Below are positions 1 to 10,153 of a stretch of 64,000 nucleotides of DNA, in pieces. The stretch comes from Candidatus Latescibacterota bacterium. GTDB taxonomy: Bacteria; Latescibacterota; UBA2968; GCA-2709665. Numbering within the stretch: the first letter of the stretch is position 1; every line of letters begins with the position of its first letter. The DNA is taken from the NCBI GenBank assembly GCA_965208835.1, contig OZ242358.1, positions 1,504,001-1,568,000 on the forward strand, read 5' to 3'. The notes under the pieces were generated by a model. It searched no databases, was not told where the DNA came from, and was given only the letters and a program-made list of their open reading frames with translations. The translations under genes were made by a program, and so were the position numbers.

Positions 1-163
1 GGAGATGAGTCCCATGCACATCAGTCTGCTGTTTTTCGGCGTTCCCTATTTTCTCGGCGCGTTGTCCCACGCGGGAATGGGAGAGGATTAACGAAGACCG
101 CGGTGTCGTCCATGCGGGTACGTATCGCGGGAGACGCTCAGGCGGGCAGACGATAACCAGCGA

Positions 164-1267
164 ATGGAGGTCGTAGAAATGGCCGGTACGGGACGTGTCC
201 GGGTGGGCATTCTGGGTCAGGGGCGCAGCGGCCGCGATATTCACGCGGAATGGCTGTGCCGCTGCCCTGAGAAATATACCATAGCAGCCGTGTCGGATCT
301 GCTGCGAGACCGCCGCGACCGCGCGGTACGCGAGTTCGGGTGCGACGCATACGCGGACTATAAGGACGTGCTGGCGCGGGAGGACGTCGACCTTGTCGTC
401 AATGCATTGCCCAGCCATCTGCATACGCAAAGTACCGTGGAAGCGTTCCGGGCCGGCCGTCACGTTGTCTGCGAAAAACCCGTGGCGCCAAGCACAGGCG
501 ACTTTCGCCGCATGGTGGCCGCGTCCCGGCGGTCGGACAGAATCCTGGCGCCGTTTCAGCAATCCAGATACGCGCCGCATTTTCAGCAAATACGCAGGGT
601 GATCGATTCAGGCATTCTGGGCCGGATCGTGCAGATCCGCATCGCGTTCAACGGATTCGCACGCCGGTGGGACTGGCAGACGTTGCAGGAATTCAAGGGC
701 GGCAACCTACTGAATACCGGGCCGCACCCGATGGACCAGGCGCTCTGTCTGCTGGATTGGAAGAAGCCCGCCGTACAGTGCATCATGGACCGGACGAACA
801 CGTATGGAGACGCGGAGGACCACGTAAAGGTGCTGCTGCGGCGGAAGGGGTCTCCCACGATCGATCTGGAGATATCCTCGTGTGACGCCTGGTCCGGAGA
901 CATGTACCACGTCTGCGGGACCCGCGGCGGGCTGGCCGGCGGCGCTGACGGCGTCAGGTGGCGGTTCTACGACCCCGGGGCATCGCCGAAGCAGCGGCTG
1001 ACTCGAACGCCGCTTCCGGGTCCGAGCTATTGCAGGGAGGAGTTGGCGTGGACCGAGGCGTCGTGGGCGCCCGATGAAGCGGAGAAGGATGCGTTTACGT
1101 ACATGTCAAGAGCCTTTTATGATCATCTGTATAACGTCTTGAAGGACGGTGCGCAATTGTTCATCACGCCGGAACAGGTTGCCGTGCAGGTGGCGGTGAT
1201 GGAAGAATGCCACCGGCAGAACCCGCTATCCAGACGGAAGCCAAGAGGCTGGGAAAACGAAAGTTAA
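164..1267 (+). CDS. Gfo/Idh/MocA family oxidoreductase
   Basis: N-terminal Rossmann motif VGILGQGRSG, CEKP motif, GGNLLNTGPHPMD. Start may be ATG 179. Confidence 0.9.
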   Translation: MEVVEMAGTGRVRVGILGQGRSGRDIHAEWLCRCPEKYTIAAVSDLLRDRRDRAVREFGCDAYADYKDVLAREDVDLVVNALPSHLHTQSTVEAFRAGRHVVCEKPVAPSTGDFRRMVAASRRSDRILAPFQQSRYAPHFQQIRRVIDSGILGRIVQIRIAFNGFARRWDWQTLQEFKGGNLLNTGPHPMDQALCLLDWKKPAVQCIMDRTNTYGDAEDHVKVLLRRKGSPTIDLEISSCDAWSGDMYHVCGTRGGLAGGADGVRWRFYDPGASPKQRLTRTPLPGPSYCREELAWTEASWAPDEAEKDAFTYMSRAFYDHLYNVLKDGAQLFITPEQVAVQVAVMEECHRQNPLSRRKPRGWENES

Positions 1268-1290
1268 GCGCAAAGCACAGAGGATACGGT

Positions 1291-2409
1291 ATGGCGAATT
1301 CCAGTCGGACGGTTCTGGTCGGTTGCGGTGGTATGGGCCGCCAGCATCTGAAAGTCATCCGTGGGCTGCCCGACTTCGAGGTTGCAGCGATCTGCGACGT
1401 GTTCGACGGCGCCCTGAGGGAAGCCGGTGACGCATTCGATGTGGAGCTGCGGTACACGGACTTCGAGCGAATGTACGACGAGACGCGGCCCGATCTCGTC
1501 GTCGTTGCCACCCAGACCCGGGGGCATCGCGCGCCCGCGGTGGCGGCGCTGGAGCGGGGCATATCCGTACTCTGCGAGAAACCGATCGCCATCGATCCCG
1601 CCGAGGCGGACGAGATGGTCGCGGCGGCGGCCGCATCGGGCGCGAAGCTGGCGGTCAACCATCAGAGCCACGTAAGTTTAGCCATATTGACGGCGCGCGA
1701 TATGGTTCGCAGAGGGGATATCGGTCAGGTCGTGCTCGTGCGCGGACGGAACAAATCCGGGCGCCAAAGCGGAAACGAGTTTACGGAAATGGGAACCCAC
1801 GTCACCGATATGATGATGCGCTTCGGCGGCGTGCCCGGGTGGTGTTCCGGCAGCGTCTGGTATCAGGGACGCCTGGCGGGCGTCAACGACGTCATGGAGG
1901 CAAAGGAGATGTCACCGCGGGACCGCGATTCCGGCCCTGTAGCGGGCGACCGGGCGACGGCCCAGTACGGATTCGAGGACGGTATTCTGGGAGAAATTCA
2001 CTTCCTGAGATTCAAGAGCGCCATGAGCGAGAACTACGGCGTGGACGTTATTGGAACCGAAGGACAACTCTCGGTCCGTGCTTCGGGCCGGGTTGCGCAC
2101 GCCCTCTGGCACCTTCCCAGGCCCATGGAAGGGTTACCAGGGGGACACGGGGACTGGACGCCGGTTGCGTCGGGCGACTCCGGGGCCGAGGACTCGATTG
2201 CCAGGATGTACCGCCGGGTGGCCGAAGCGATCGAGTCGGGGACGGATCCGCCCTCGAACGGAGTCGACGCCCGGACGGCGTTCGAGATGATTCTCGGCAT
2301 CTACCAGTCCCACAGGGAAGGCGGGCGGCGGGTTGAATTACCGCTTTCAGACCGCCGGCATCCGCTGGAAGCGTGGCGGGATGAAACTTCAGGTTCGATT
2401 CGGAAATAA
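1291..2409 (+). CDS. Gfo/Idh/MocA family oxidoreductase
   Basis: LVGCGGMG and LCEKPIA motifs. ATG 1291 follows an AGAGGA RBS. Confidence 0.88.
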   Translation: MANSSRTVLVGCGGMGRQHLKVIRGLPDFEVAAICDVFDGALREAGDAFDVELRYTDFERMYDETRPDLVVVATQTRGHRAPAVAALERGISVLCEKPIAIDPAEADEMVAAAAASGAKLAVNHQSHVSLAILTARDMVRRGDIGQVVLVRGRNKSGRQSGNEFTEMGTHVTDMMMRFGGVPGWCSGSVWYQGRLAGVNDVMEAKEMSPRDRDSGPVAGDRATAQYGFEDGILGEIHFLRFKSAMSENYGVDVIGTEGQLSVRASGRVAHALWHLPRPMEGLPGGHGDWTPVASGDSGAEDSIARMYRRVAEAIESGTDPPSNGVDARTAFEMILGIYQSHREGGRRVELPLSDRRHPLEAWRDETSGSIRK

Positions 2410-2411
2410 AT

Positions 2412-3485
2412 ATGTCGATTGCAGGACGTGTCAAAACGGCGAGAGACGAACTGGATGCCCACGTCAGGGAAACAGTTGACTGGCATTTCAGTCCGGACAC
2501 GGGGTGCCCGTTCTGGCTGGAATTCGCCGCAGGTCTGGATTTCGATCCGCGGCGGGAGATCGGCGGTTATGCGGACTTGAAGATCCTCGGTCATTTTCAG
2601 GACGACTGGCTGCGCGGCGGTCCGGTGCGCCGGTGGATTCCCGGGGGGAGCGCAGGGAAACGGACGTACGTCTTCGAAACCGGTGGATCAACAGGAGTGC
2701 CGAAGTATCGGATCAGCCAGGAAGACTTCCACGTCGACTACGAGATGTTCAGCAGGCACCTTTCGGACGAGACGTTTCCAAGGGGCGCCGACTGGCTGAT
2801 GCTGGGGCCCACGGGCCCGAGGCGGCTGCGGCTGGCGGTTGAATACCTCTGCCAGATTCGCGGCGGCATCTGTTTCCTTGTGGACCTGGACCCCAGATGG
2901 GTCAACAAGCTGATCGCGCGCGGCGCCCTACAGGAGCTGGATCTCTATAAGGCCCACGTGATCGATCAGGCGTTGACCATTCTGCGTGCGAACGACAATG
3001 TGAAGTGCATGTTTACGACGCCGAAGCTTCTGGAAGCGATCTGTGAAAAGATCTCATTGAAAAAGGCCGGCATTTCGGGGATATTTTGCGGGGGGACCGA
3101 GATGGATGCGCAGTTCAACCGTTTCGCCAGGGAGGAACTGATTCCCGGAATCGACTTCGTGCCGACGTATGGAAATACGTTGATGGGACTGGCCTGTTCC
3201 AAGCCCCTGGAACCTTCGGACAACTTCGCCATTACCTATTATCCGCCCCTCCCGCGTGCCGTGATCGAACTCGTGGACCCCGACGATCCTGACGTACCGG
3301 TGGAATACGGCGCCGTCGGGCGGGTGATGCTGACGACCCTCACCCGGGAGTTCTTCATGCCGCGGTTCCTGGAAAGGGACGAGGGCGAGCGGGCGGAACC
3401 GATCGAGGCATTTCCCTGGGACGGGGTGAGGAATCTGGGTCTGTTCTCGGAAATGCAGGAGTCGGTCGTGGTCGGCGTATATTAG
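2412..3485 (+). CDS. EhpF-like/LuxE-PaaK superfamily short adenylate-forming enzyme
   Basis: WHFSPDTGCPFW start, P-loop FETGGSTGVPK, YGNTL, and the ERD near the C-terminus resemble phenazine-modifying EhpF. At 357 aa it appears to lack the ANL C-terminal domain. Confidence 0.75.
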   Translation: MSIAGRVKTARDELDAHVRETVDWHFSPDTGCPFWLEFAAGLDFDPRREIGGYADLKILGHFQDDWLRGGPVRRWIPGGSAGKRTYVFETGGSTGVPKYRISQEDFHVDYEMFSRHLSDETFPRGADWLMLGPTGPRRLRLAVEYLCQIRGGICFLVDLDPRWVNKLIARGALQELDLYKAHVIDQALTILRANDNVKCMFTTPKLLEAICEKISLKKAGISGIFCGGTEMDAQFNRFAREELIPGIDFVPTYGNTLMGLACSKPLEPSDNFAITYYPPLPRAVIELVDPDDPDVPVEYGAVGRVMLTTLTREFFMPRFLERDEGERAEPIEAFPWDGVRNLGLFSEMQESVVVGVY

Positions 3486-3496
3486 CGGGAAGGTAT

Positions 3497-4939
3497 ATGA
3501 TCCGGGAGGATCGCGTGACCCATATCCCGGTTTTACGTGCAGGGAATCCATACACGAGTCTGGACGTCCAGGAAGTTCCGCACGTTCAGACCGGAGAACC
3601 GCTGGTGCGGGTCAGCCAGGCGAATCCGGGTCTGATCGCGAAAGACCTCAACGCCGCGGACGCGAATAAGCGAGCTCTGGAAGCGCTGAGCGTTTCCGAT
3701 CTTGCAGCCATCACGCGAAGGGCAGGCCGGCTGTTCGCAGAGGCGGAGCTTCCGCTTGATGGCCTGTCGCAATCGCCAGGGGACTATGTCCGCCAGGTCT
3801 CGGGGACAACGGGAATTCCTGAAACCCTTTGCCGGGAGAATCTGGAAAAAATCCGGTTGGCCTGCAGCCAGATCGACGACGTGCTCGCCGGTCTGACGCG
3901 TGAGCTGGATCTGTCGGTGCTGGACAGGGGGTGGGCTTCGGAAAACGGCAGGCCGTTGAGCTATGTCTGCCAGACCGACGCGCTTGGCGCGGTATTGCCG
4001 AGCAATTCGCCGGGCGTGCATTCGCTCTGGGTCCCGGCAACGGCACTGAAGGTGCCTCTCGTGCTGAAACCCGGCAGGGAGGACCCGTGGACGCCGTACC
4101 GGATTGCACAGGCGTTTAACGCCGCGGGATGTCCGGGCGAAGCGTTTGGCATTTATCCCACAGGGCACGCGGGCGCGAACGAAATCCTCCTGCGTTGCGG
4201 GCGCTCTCTCTTGTTCGGAGGCGGCGCCACGGTCGCGCCGTGGCTGCACGATCCGCGGGTATCGATCCATGGTCCGGGCCGCAGCAAGGTGGTTCTGGGA
4301 GAAGACCTGGTCGACCGCTGGGAGGACTTCCTGGATGTGATCGTGGTTTCCATCGCGGCCAACGGAGGGCGTTCGTGCATCAATGCGTCCGGCGTCTGGA
4401 CGCCCGCGTACGGACGCGAGATTGCCGATGCGATTGCGCAGCGCCTCGCACAGATCGAGGCGCGGCCGCTGAGCGACCCGGAAGCCCGGATTGCCGCGTT
4501 TGCCAATCCGGCCGCGGCTACCGGGCTTTCCAATATCATCGACGTCCATCTGAAGCGCGGCGGCGCGGAGGACCTGACCGCGGGCCTGCGCGGGAGCCGG
4601 CTTGTCGAACTGGACGGCCTGACGTTCCTGAACGCGACCCTTGTATGGTGTGGCTCCCCCGAACACCCCCTGGCGAATACCGAATTCCTGTTCCCCTTCG
4701 CGAGCGTGGTCGAGGCGCCGCAGGCGGAGGTGGTCCAGGGGATCGGGCCCAGCCTGGTGGTCACGGTGTTGACAGAGGATGAAGACCTCGTCGGAGACTT
4801 GCTGAATTCACCCCACGTGGATCGACTGAACGCGGGGCCGATTCCCACGAACCGGATTTCATGGGACCAGCCGCACGAAGGCAATTTGTTCGATCACCTC
4901 TACCGTCAGCGGGCGTTTCAGTTCGCGCACGGCGCTTAG
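3497..4939 (+). CDS. ALDH-fold acyl-thioester/acyl-CoA reductase (EhpG/LuxC-like)
   Basis: LPSNSPG, LKPG, catalytic Cys in NGGRSCINAS, EFLFPF. The usual general-base ELGG is replaced by IHGPG. Confidence 0.8.
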   Translation: MIREDRVTHIPVLRAGNPYTSLDVQEVPHVQTGEPLVRVSQANPGLIAKDLNAADANKRALEALSVSDLAAITRRAGRLFAEAELPLDGLSQSPGDYVRQVSGTTGIPETLCRENLEKIRLACSQIDDVLAGLTRELDLSVLDRGWASENGRPLSYVCQTDALGAVLPSNSPGVHSLWVPATALKVPLVLKPGREDPWTPYRIAQAFNAAGCPGEAFGIYPTGHAGANEILLRCGRSLLFGGGATVAPWLHDPRVSIHGPGRSKVVLGEDLVDRWEDFLDVIVVSIAANGGRSCINASGVWTPAYGREIADAIAQRLAQIEARPLSDPEARIAAFANPAAATGLSNIIDVHLKRGGAEDLTAGLRGSRLVELDGLTFLNATLVWCGSPEHPLANTEFLFPFASVVEAPQAEVVQGIGPSLVVTVLTEDEDLVGDLLNSPHVDRLNAGPIPTNRISWDQPHEGNLFDHLYRQRAFQFAHGA

Positions 4940-4949
4940 GGTTCCGTGA

Positions 4950-6065
4950 ATGGAGCCTTTCGACCACCATCCTTCGCCCCGGGTGATCTTCGGGGCGGGC
5001 ACGCTGGCGCGGCTCGCGGACCTGGCGGGTGGACTGGGAGGCGGGCGAATCCTGCTCGTGACCGATCCGGGCATCGTCAACGCCGGGATCGCTGACAGGG
5101 CGCTGTCCCTGCTGCGGGGAGCGGAACGAGATGTCTGTCTGTTCGACGGCGTGGACGAGAACCCGACGACGGCCCACGTGGACGCGGGGGTGGAGGCGGC
5201 TGCGGCGCACGGCGGGATCGGTCTCATCGTGGGCCTGGGCGGCGGCAGCGCAATGGATTGCGCCAAGGGGATCAATTTCATCCTCACCAACGGCGGACGG
5301 ATGGAGGCCTACTGTGGGATGGGCAGGGCGCGCCGGCCGATGCTGCCGTCGATAGGCGTTCCGACGACCGCGGGGACAGGCAGCGAAGCCCAGTCCTACG
5401 CGTTGATCTCAAGGCCGGATACGCACGAAAAGATGGCCTGCGGCGACCTCAAGGCGCGTTTTCGCGGCGTCATTCTGGATCCCGATCTCACCGCGAGCGC
5501 ACCGGGACATGTGGCCGCCGCGGCGGGGATCGACGCCATCGCCCATGCCGTGGAAAGCTGTGTGTGTACGCGTCGGAACCCGGTTTCGCGCATGTACGCG
5601 CTGGAGGCGTGGCGTCTGCTCGCATCGGGATTCGAAGAGGCGCTGGCGCCGGCGGCCGGCGGGGAAGCCAGGTCGGCCATGCTCCTGGGCGCGCATTTCG
5701 CTGGAGCGGCGATCGAGAATGCCATGCTGGGCGCCGCCCACGCCTGCGCCAACCCGCTTACGGCCCGTTACGGAATCCCACACGGCGTCGCGGTGGGCTT
5801 AATGCTTCCGTCGGTGATCCGGTTCAATGGAGAAACAGATGGCGCGCTCTACGGAGGCTTCGGGTTGACCGCGGGTGCGCTGGCGGAACGGATCGAAGGG
5901 TTCAGGCGGACGGCGGATCTGCCCGGCTGCCTCGGCGATCTCGGGGTTGAACGGGATCGGCTTCCGGAATTGGCGGCCGAGGCGGCGACCCAGTGGACCG
6001 GGACGTTCAATCCGCGGCCGGCCCGCGAAGCCGACTTTCTGGCGTTATATGAAGAGGCATATTGA
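4950..6065 (+). CDS. Iron-containing alcohol dehydrogenase
   Basis: GLGGGSAMDCAK, PTTAGTGSE, DAIAHAVE, HACANPL and PHG metal ligands. Confidence 0.93.
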   Translation: MEPFDHHPSPRVIFGAGTLARLADLAGGLGGGRILLVTDPGIVNAGIADRALSLLRGAERDVCLFDGVDENPTTAHVDAGVEAAAAHGGIGLIVGLGGGSAMDCAKGINFILTNGGRMEAYCGMGRARRPMLPSIGVPTTAGTGSEAQSYALISRPDTHEKMACGDLKARFRGVILDPDLTASAPGHVAAAAGIDAIAHAVESCVCTRRNPVSRMYALEAWRLLASGFEEALAPAAGGEARSAMLLGAHFAGAAIENAMLGAAHACANPLTARYGIPHGVAVGLMLPSVIRFNGETDGALYGGFGLTAGALAERIEGFRRTADLPGCLGDLGVERDRLPELAAEAATQWTGTFNPRPAREADFLALYEEAY

Positions 6066-7206
6066 GGTTCGCGCGAGGCAAAGAGCAGGGTGCATATGGA
6101 ACATTTTGCTCCCTTTGTGCATCTTGTACGTACCGGTTTCCGTCTGCGTCGCCGGGGAGACGTCATGGCCGCAGTTCAGAGGCGACGCGCAATCCACGGG
6201 ACACGCGCGGGATTCGCTGCCCGACAGCCTGGTTGTCCTGTGGGCTGCCCGGGTGCCGGAAGGCATCGAGTCCACCGCGGCGATCCGTTATGGAATGGTT
6301 TTCGTTGGCGGGCTGGACGGAAACCTCTATGCATTTGATTTTGTAACCGGGGCGTTGAAATGGAAGTATTCCGCCGGCGGAGAAATAAAGGCTTCTCCGC
6401 TGGTGGCGGGTGACCGGGTTTTCTTCGGAGACGGTAACGGCGGCTTTCACGCCGTGGACGCGTCAACCGGGAAGGGGTTGTGGACGTACCGGACCGAAGG
6501 GGAGATCATCTCTTCCGCCGCGTCGTACGAAGGCCGGGTGATCTTCGGGTCCTACGATCAGTTCCTCTACTGCCTCACGATGGAGGGCGGGAGCCTGGTG
6601 TGGAAGGTGGAGACGGAGGGATACGTTCATGGGTCCCCGGCCCTTTGGGGCGGACGCGTACTCGTCGCCGGTTGCGACGGTCTGCTGCGCATGGTGAACG
6701 CGGCTGCAGGAGACGAAGTCTCACGGGTGGAACTGTCCGACTACGTGGCGGCCAGTGTTGCCGTGCGCGGCGGACGGGCCTACGCGGGTACGTTCGGTAA
6801 CCAGGTCATGGGTCTGGACCTGTCGGCGGAGAAGGTCCTGTGGCGGTACGAGCACCCCAGCCGCAAGTTTCCATTTTACGCGTCCCCGGCGGTCACGGAA
6901 GAACACGTGATCGTCGCCGGGCGTGACAGGATGGTGCGAGCGCTTCGCCCCGGCAGCGGCGGTGTGTTGTGGATTCGTGCGTTTCGTTCCCGGCTGGACT
7001 CGTCGCCGGTGGTTGCGGGCGACCGGGTGTTCGTGGGCACGACCGGCGGGAGGATTCTGGCGCTGGATCTGAAGACGGGCGAACCGGGATGGGAATTCCC
7101 GACCGGTTCGGCGGTGCTGGCTTCGCCGAGCGTGGCCGGCGGCAGGCTCGTAATCGGAACGGCTGACGGGACTTTGTACTGTTTTGGCAGTGAGGCGGGA
7201 GAATGA
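6049..7206 (+). CDS. Secreted PQQ-like (BamB-type) beta-propeller protein
   Basis: Hydrophobic leader, WPQFRG, repeated AxDxxTGxxxW and SSP motifs. ATG 6049 overlaps the upstream gene. Confidence 0.85.
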   Translation: MKRHIEVRARQRAGCIWNILLPLCILYVPVSVCVAGETSWPQFRGDAQSTGHARDSLPDSLVVLWAARVPEGIESTAAIRYGMVFVGGLDGNLYAFDFVTGALKWKYSAGGEIKASPLVAGDRVFFGDGNGGFHAVDASTGKGLWTYRTEGEIISSAASYEGRVIFGSYDQFLYCLTMEGGSLVWKVETEGYVHGSPALWGGRVLVAGCDGLLRMVNAAAGDEVSRVELSDYVAASVAVRGGRAYAGTFGNQVMGLDLSAEKVLWRYEHPSRKFPFYASPAVTEEHVIVAGRDRMVRALRPGSGGVLWIRAFRSRLDSSPVVAGDRVFVGTTGGRILALDLKTGEPGWEFPTGSAVLASPSVAGGRLVIGTADGTLYCFGSEAGE

Positions 7207-8549
7207 GTACCCAGGTTCACATACCGGAACCCGCGACCTCCAGGAAAGCGTGGAAAGAAACGGCGGTCGGCAGCGTCTTCGTGTCCAACTACCCTCCGTA
7301 TTCGTTCTGGCGGGATGAGCACAATTCCCGCGTCGAGGCGATGCTGGAGGCTTCGGAACCTTCGGCGGGGGCGGTTCCGCTCGGGTTGTATCTTCATGTC
7401 CCGTTCTGCCGGAAACGCTGCAAGTTCTGTTATTTTCGCGTGTATACCGATCGCAACAGTTCCGAGATCCAGGTCTATCTGGATGCGCTGGCCAGGGAGG
7501 TGGAAAACTACGCCACGCTGCCCAGGATCGACGGACGCAGCCTGCAATTCGTCTACTTCGGCGGGGGGACGCCGTCGTATATCAGCGTGAAACACCTGGA
7601 GGCGCTGGTGGATCGGCTGAAGGCCGTGTTGCCGTGGGACGCCGCGGAGGAGGTCGCGTTCGAGTGCGAACCGGGCACGCTCACACAGCCGAAGGTAGCA
7701 GCCATTCGCGAAATCGGGGTCACGCGATTGAGCCTGGGCCTGGAGAATCTGAATGACGAAATCCTGAAGGAGAACGGCCGGGCGCACGTCGGCAAAGAGA
7801 TCTACCGGGCCATGGACTGGGTGAAGAAGCAGGCGTTCGAACAGGTGAACGTAGACCTGATTTCGGGGATGGTGGGCGAAACGTGGACGACGTGGAAGGA
7901 GACCGTTCAGGGGACGATCGATCTGGACCCCGACAGCGTGACGATCTATCAGATGGAACTGCCGTTCAATACGACGTATTCGAAGGCGCTTCTGGATGGT
8001 AACGGTGTGCCAGTTGCAGACTGGGAGACGAAGCGCGCGTGGCACGCCCATGCGATCGACGCGTTCGGCGAGGCCGGCTACGAGATCTCGAGCGCCTATA
8101 CGATGGTCAGGAAGGGTCGTCCGAAGCGGTTCGTCTACCGGGACGCGCTGTGGCGGAGCGCCGACCTCATCGGCGCCGGCGTCGCGTCGTTCTCGCACGT
8201 GGGCGGTATACACTTTCAGAATCACACACAGTGGGACTCCTACGTCGATGCCTGCATGCACGGGCGGCTGCCGTTGAACAGGTCTTTCGTTCCTACTGAC
8301 GAGGAACGCCTCGTGCGCGAGATGATCCTGCAACTCAAGCTGGGCAGGATCGAGACCGGTTATTTCAAGGACAGATTCAACGTGAATATCCTGGAGCGGT
8401 TTGGCGAGGCCTACGGAAGACTCAGGGATTTCGGCATGCTGGAATTCGATTCGCAGAGTATCACTCTGAGCCGGGATGGACTCTTGCGCGTCGATCAATT
8501 GCTCCCCGAATTTTACGACGAGAAATATCGCAATTCGCGCTATACATGA
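7203..8549 (+). CDS. HemN-like (class C-type) radical SAM enzyme
   Basis: YLHVPFCRKRCKFC (CX3CX2C), YFGGGTPS, RLSLG, HemN-type C-terminus. ATGA overlap with the upstream gene. Confidence 0.88.
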   Translation: MSTQVHIPEPATSRKAWKETAVGSVFVSNYPPYSFWRDEHNSRVEAMLEASEPSAGAVPLGLYLHVPFCRKRCKFCYFRVYTDRNSSEIQVYLDALAREVENYATLPRIDGRSLQFVYFGGGTPSYISVKHLEALVDRLKAVLPWDAAEEVAFECEPGTLTQPKVAAIREIGVTRLSLGLENLNDEILKENGRAHVGKEIYRAMDWVKKQAFEQVNVDLISGMVGETWTTWKETVQGTIDLDPDSVTIYQMELPFNTTYSKALLDGNGVPVADWETKRAWHAHAIDAFGEAGYEISSAYTMVRKGRPKRFVYRDALWRSADLIGAGVASFSHVGGIHFQNHTQWDSYVDACMHGRLPLNRSFVPTDEERLVREMILQLKLGRIETGYFKDRFNVNILERFGEAYGRLRDFGMLEFDSQSITLSRDGLLRVDQLLPEFYDEKYRNSRYT

Positions 8550-8680
8550 GGCATGCCGAATTTCACGCCTTTCCTGGACAGAAACCGACCTGGGACCGGA
8601 GTGGTTGGCGTTTCCTGGAGCGAGGGCATCCAGGTTATGGGTCTCCTGACAGCGGTTTAATGACGTCCAATGAACCATAT

Positions 8681-8770
8681 AACGCGTGGTCATTGAGCTT
8701 GTCGAAATGCCCGCTATTCAAAAGCAATTCGATCCTTCGCCGGCCCTTCGACAAGCTCAGGGGACGGCTC
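8681..8770. repeat. REP/REPIN-like palindromic element (TGAGCTTGTCGAA...TTCGACAAGCTCA)
   Basis: 13-bp inverted repeat at 8694-8706 and 8747-8759. Homologous ~90-bp copy at 53159-53246. Confidence 0.75.
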
Positions 8771-8921
8771 GGCTTCTGCGACTCCTCCTTGTCAAGGGGG
8801 AGTGATTGGTCCATCAAGCCGGCGCGGGCGTTTCGTGCCACCCATTTGATTGCGGCTGAGCATAGCGAAGCCGCGCAAGGTACGCCATTACTGTAGTTTC
8901 ACTTTCTTGCGGAGTCAGTCT

Positions 8922-10136
8922 ATGAAATACAGGTTTTATTTGGTGTTCGCATTTGTGCTGTGCTTTTCTCCCGCTCACGCGGATTGGCCTCAATGGCTGG
9001 GCCCGAACCGAACGGGCATTTCGACCGAAACGGAATTCCTGAAGGTCTGGCCGAAGGACGGTCCTGCGGTTATGTGGAAGAGGAACCTCGGCAAGGGGTT
9101 TTCAGGGATCTCGGTGGCGGATGGTCGTGTGTTCACCATGTTTGCGGAGGGTGACGACGAGTTCGTCGTCTGTCTGAATGAGGAATCGGGAGACGAAATC
9201 TGGCGGTTCAGGACGGGAGGCATGTTCGAAGAATGGCAGGGGGGCGACGGACCCCGGTCGCAGCCGACGGTGGACGGAGAGCGGGTATACGTCCTCGGCG
9301 CTGAGGGTCGGCTGTACGCGCTGAAGGCGGCAAACGGCGATACGATCTGGACCGTGGACCTTGTCGACGGCCTGGGCGGCCGGTTTCCCAGGTTCGGGTT
9401 TTCGACTTCGCCGCTGGTGGAAGGCGACTTTCTGTTCCTGGAGGCGGCGACGCGTAATGGTACGTTTCTGGCGCTGCGCAGGAAAGACGGTAAAGTCGCC
9501 TGGGCTTCCCAGAACGACGTGGCTTCCTATTCCTCGCCCATCGCCCTGGATCTCGCCGGTGCGCGTCAGGTGGTCTATTTTTCCGGAGACGCCGTCGTCG
9601 GGCTTTCTCCGGTCGACGGCTCCCTGTTCTGGCGGTTCCCCTGGAAGACGTCGTACGACCTGAATATTGCAACGCCGATCTTCGTACCGCCGGACCAGAT
9701 CTTCATTTCCTCGGGTTATGATCACGGCGCGGCTTTGCTGCGGATCGAGTCAGACGGCGACGGGTTCTCGGCGACCCGGGTCTGGCAGAGCCGGCGGATG
9801 AAGAACCATTTCGGCACGTCCGTGTTGGTCGGGGACTATATCTACGGATTCGATAACGCCATCCTGAAGTGTATCGAAGCACGGACCGGAAAAGAGCAGT
9901 GGAAACATCGCGGGTACGGCAAGGGGGCTTTGATCTACGCCGACGGGCACCTCGTCCTGTTGAGTGACAACGGGAGACTGGCCCTGGCGCAGGCAACGCC
10001 CGACGGATTCAGGGAAAAGGCCGGCGTGCAGGTGCTCGACGGCCGCAGCTGGACGATGCCGACCCTGGCCAACGGCCGCGTGTTCGTCAGGGATATGCGG
10101 AAAATCGTCTGTCTGGATCTCCGGGCCGGTGGTTAG
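8922..10136 (+). CDS. Secreted PQQ-like beta-propeller protein
   Basis: Signal peptide ending AHA, DWPQWLGPNR, Trp-docking repeats, YSSP, terminal IVCLDL. Confidence 0.88.
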   Translation: MKYRFYLVFAFVLCFSPAHADWPQWLGPNRTGISTETEFLKVWPKDGPAVMWKRNLGKGFSGISVADGRVFTMFAEGDDEFVVCLNEESGDEIWRFRTGGMFEEWQGGDGPRSQPTVDGERVYVLGAEGRLYALKAANGDTIWTVDLVDGLGGRFPRFGFSTSPLVEGDFLFLEAATRNGTFLALRRKDGKVAWASQNDVASYSSPIALDLAGARQVVYFSGDAVVGLSPVDGSLFWRFPWKTSYDLNIATPIFVPPDQIFISSGYDHGAALLRIESDGDGFSATRVWQSRRMKNHFGTSVLVGDYIYGFDNAILKCIEARTGKEQWKHRGYGKGALIYADGHLVLLSDNGRLALAQATPDGFREKAGVQVLDGRSWTMPTLANGRVFVRDMRKIVCLDLRAGG

Positions 10137-10153
10137 CGTCTAACGTTGGGACT

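Noticed and set aside
1-91. Possible 3' end of an upstream gene (frame ending TAA at 89-91)
   Set aside because: Too short to support a product call.
2412-4939. Phenazine or lux bioluminescence operon
   Set aside because: No phz core genes or luxAB/luxD were recognised. Only the activation/reduction pair is similar.
7203-8549. Gene symbol hemN
   Set aside because: It lacks the HemN N-terminal motif and any haem pathway context.
6876-8693. Long antisense ORFs (also 17273-18727, 42205-43608, 54733-56502)
   Set aside because: They are shadows of well-supported genes on the opposite strand in GC-rich DNA and carry no recognisable motifs.
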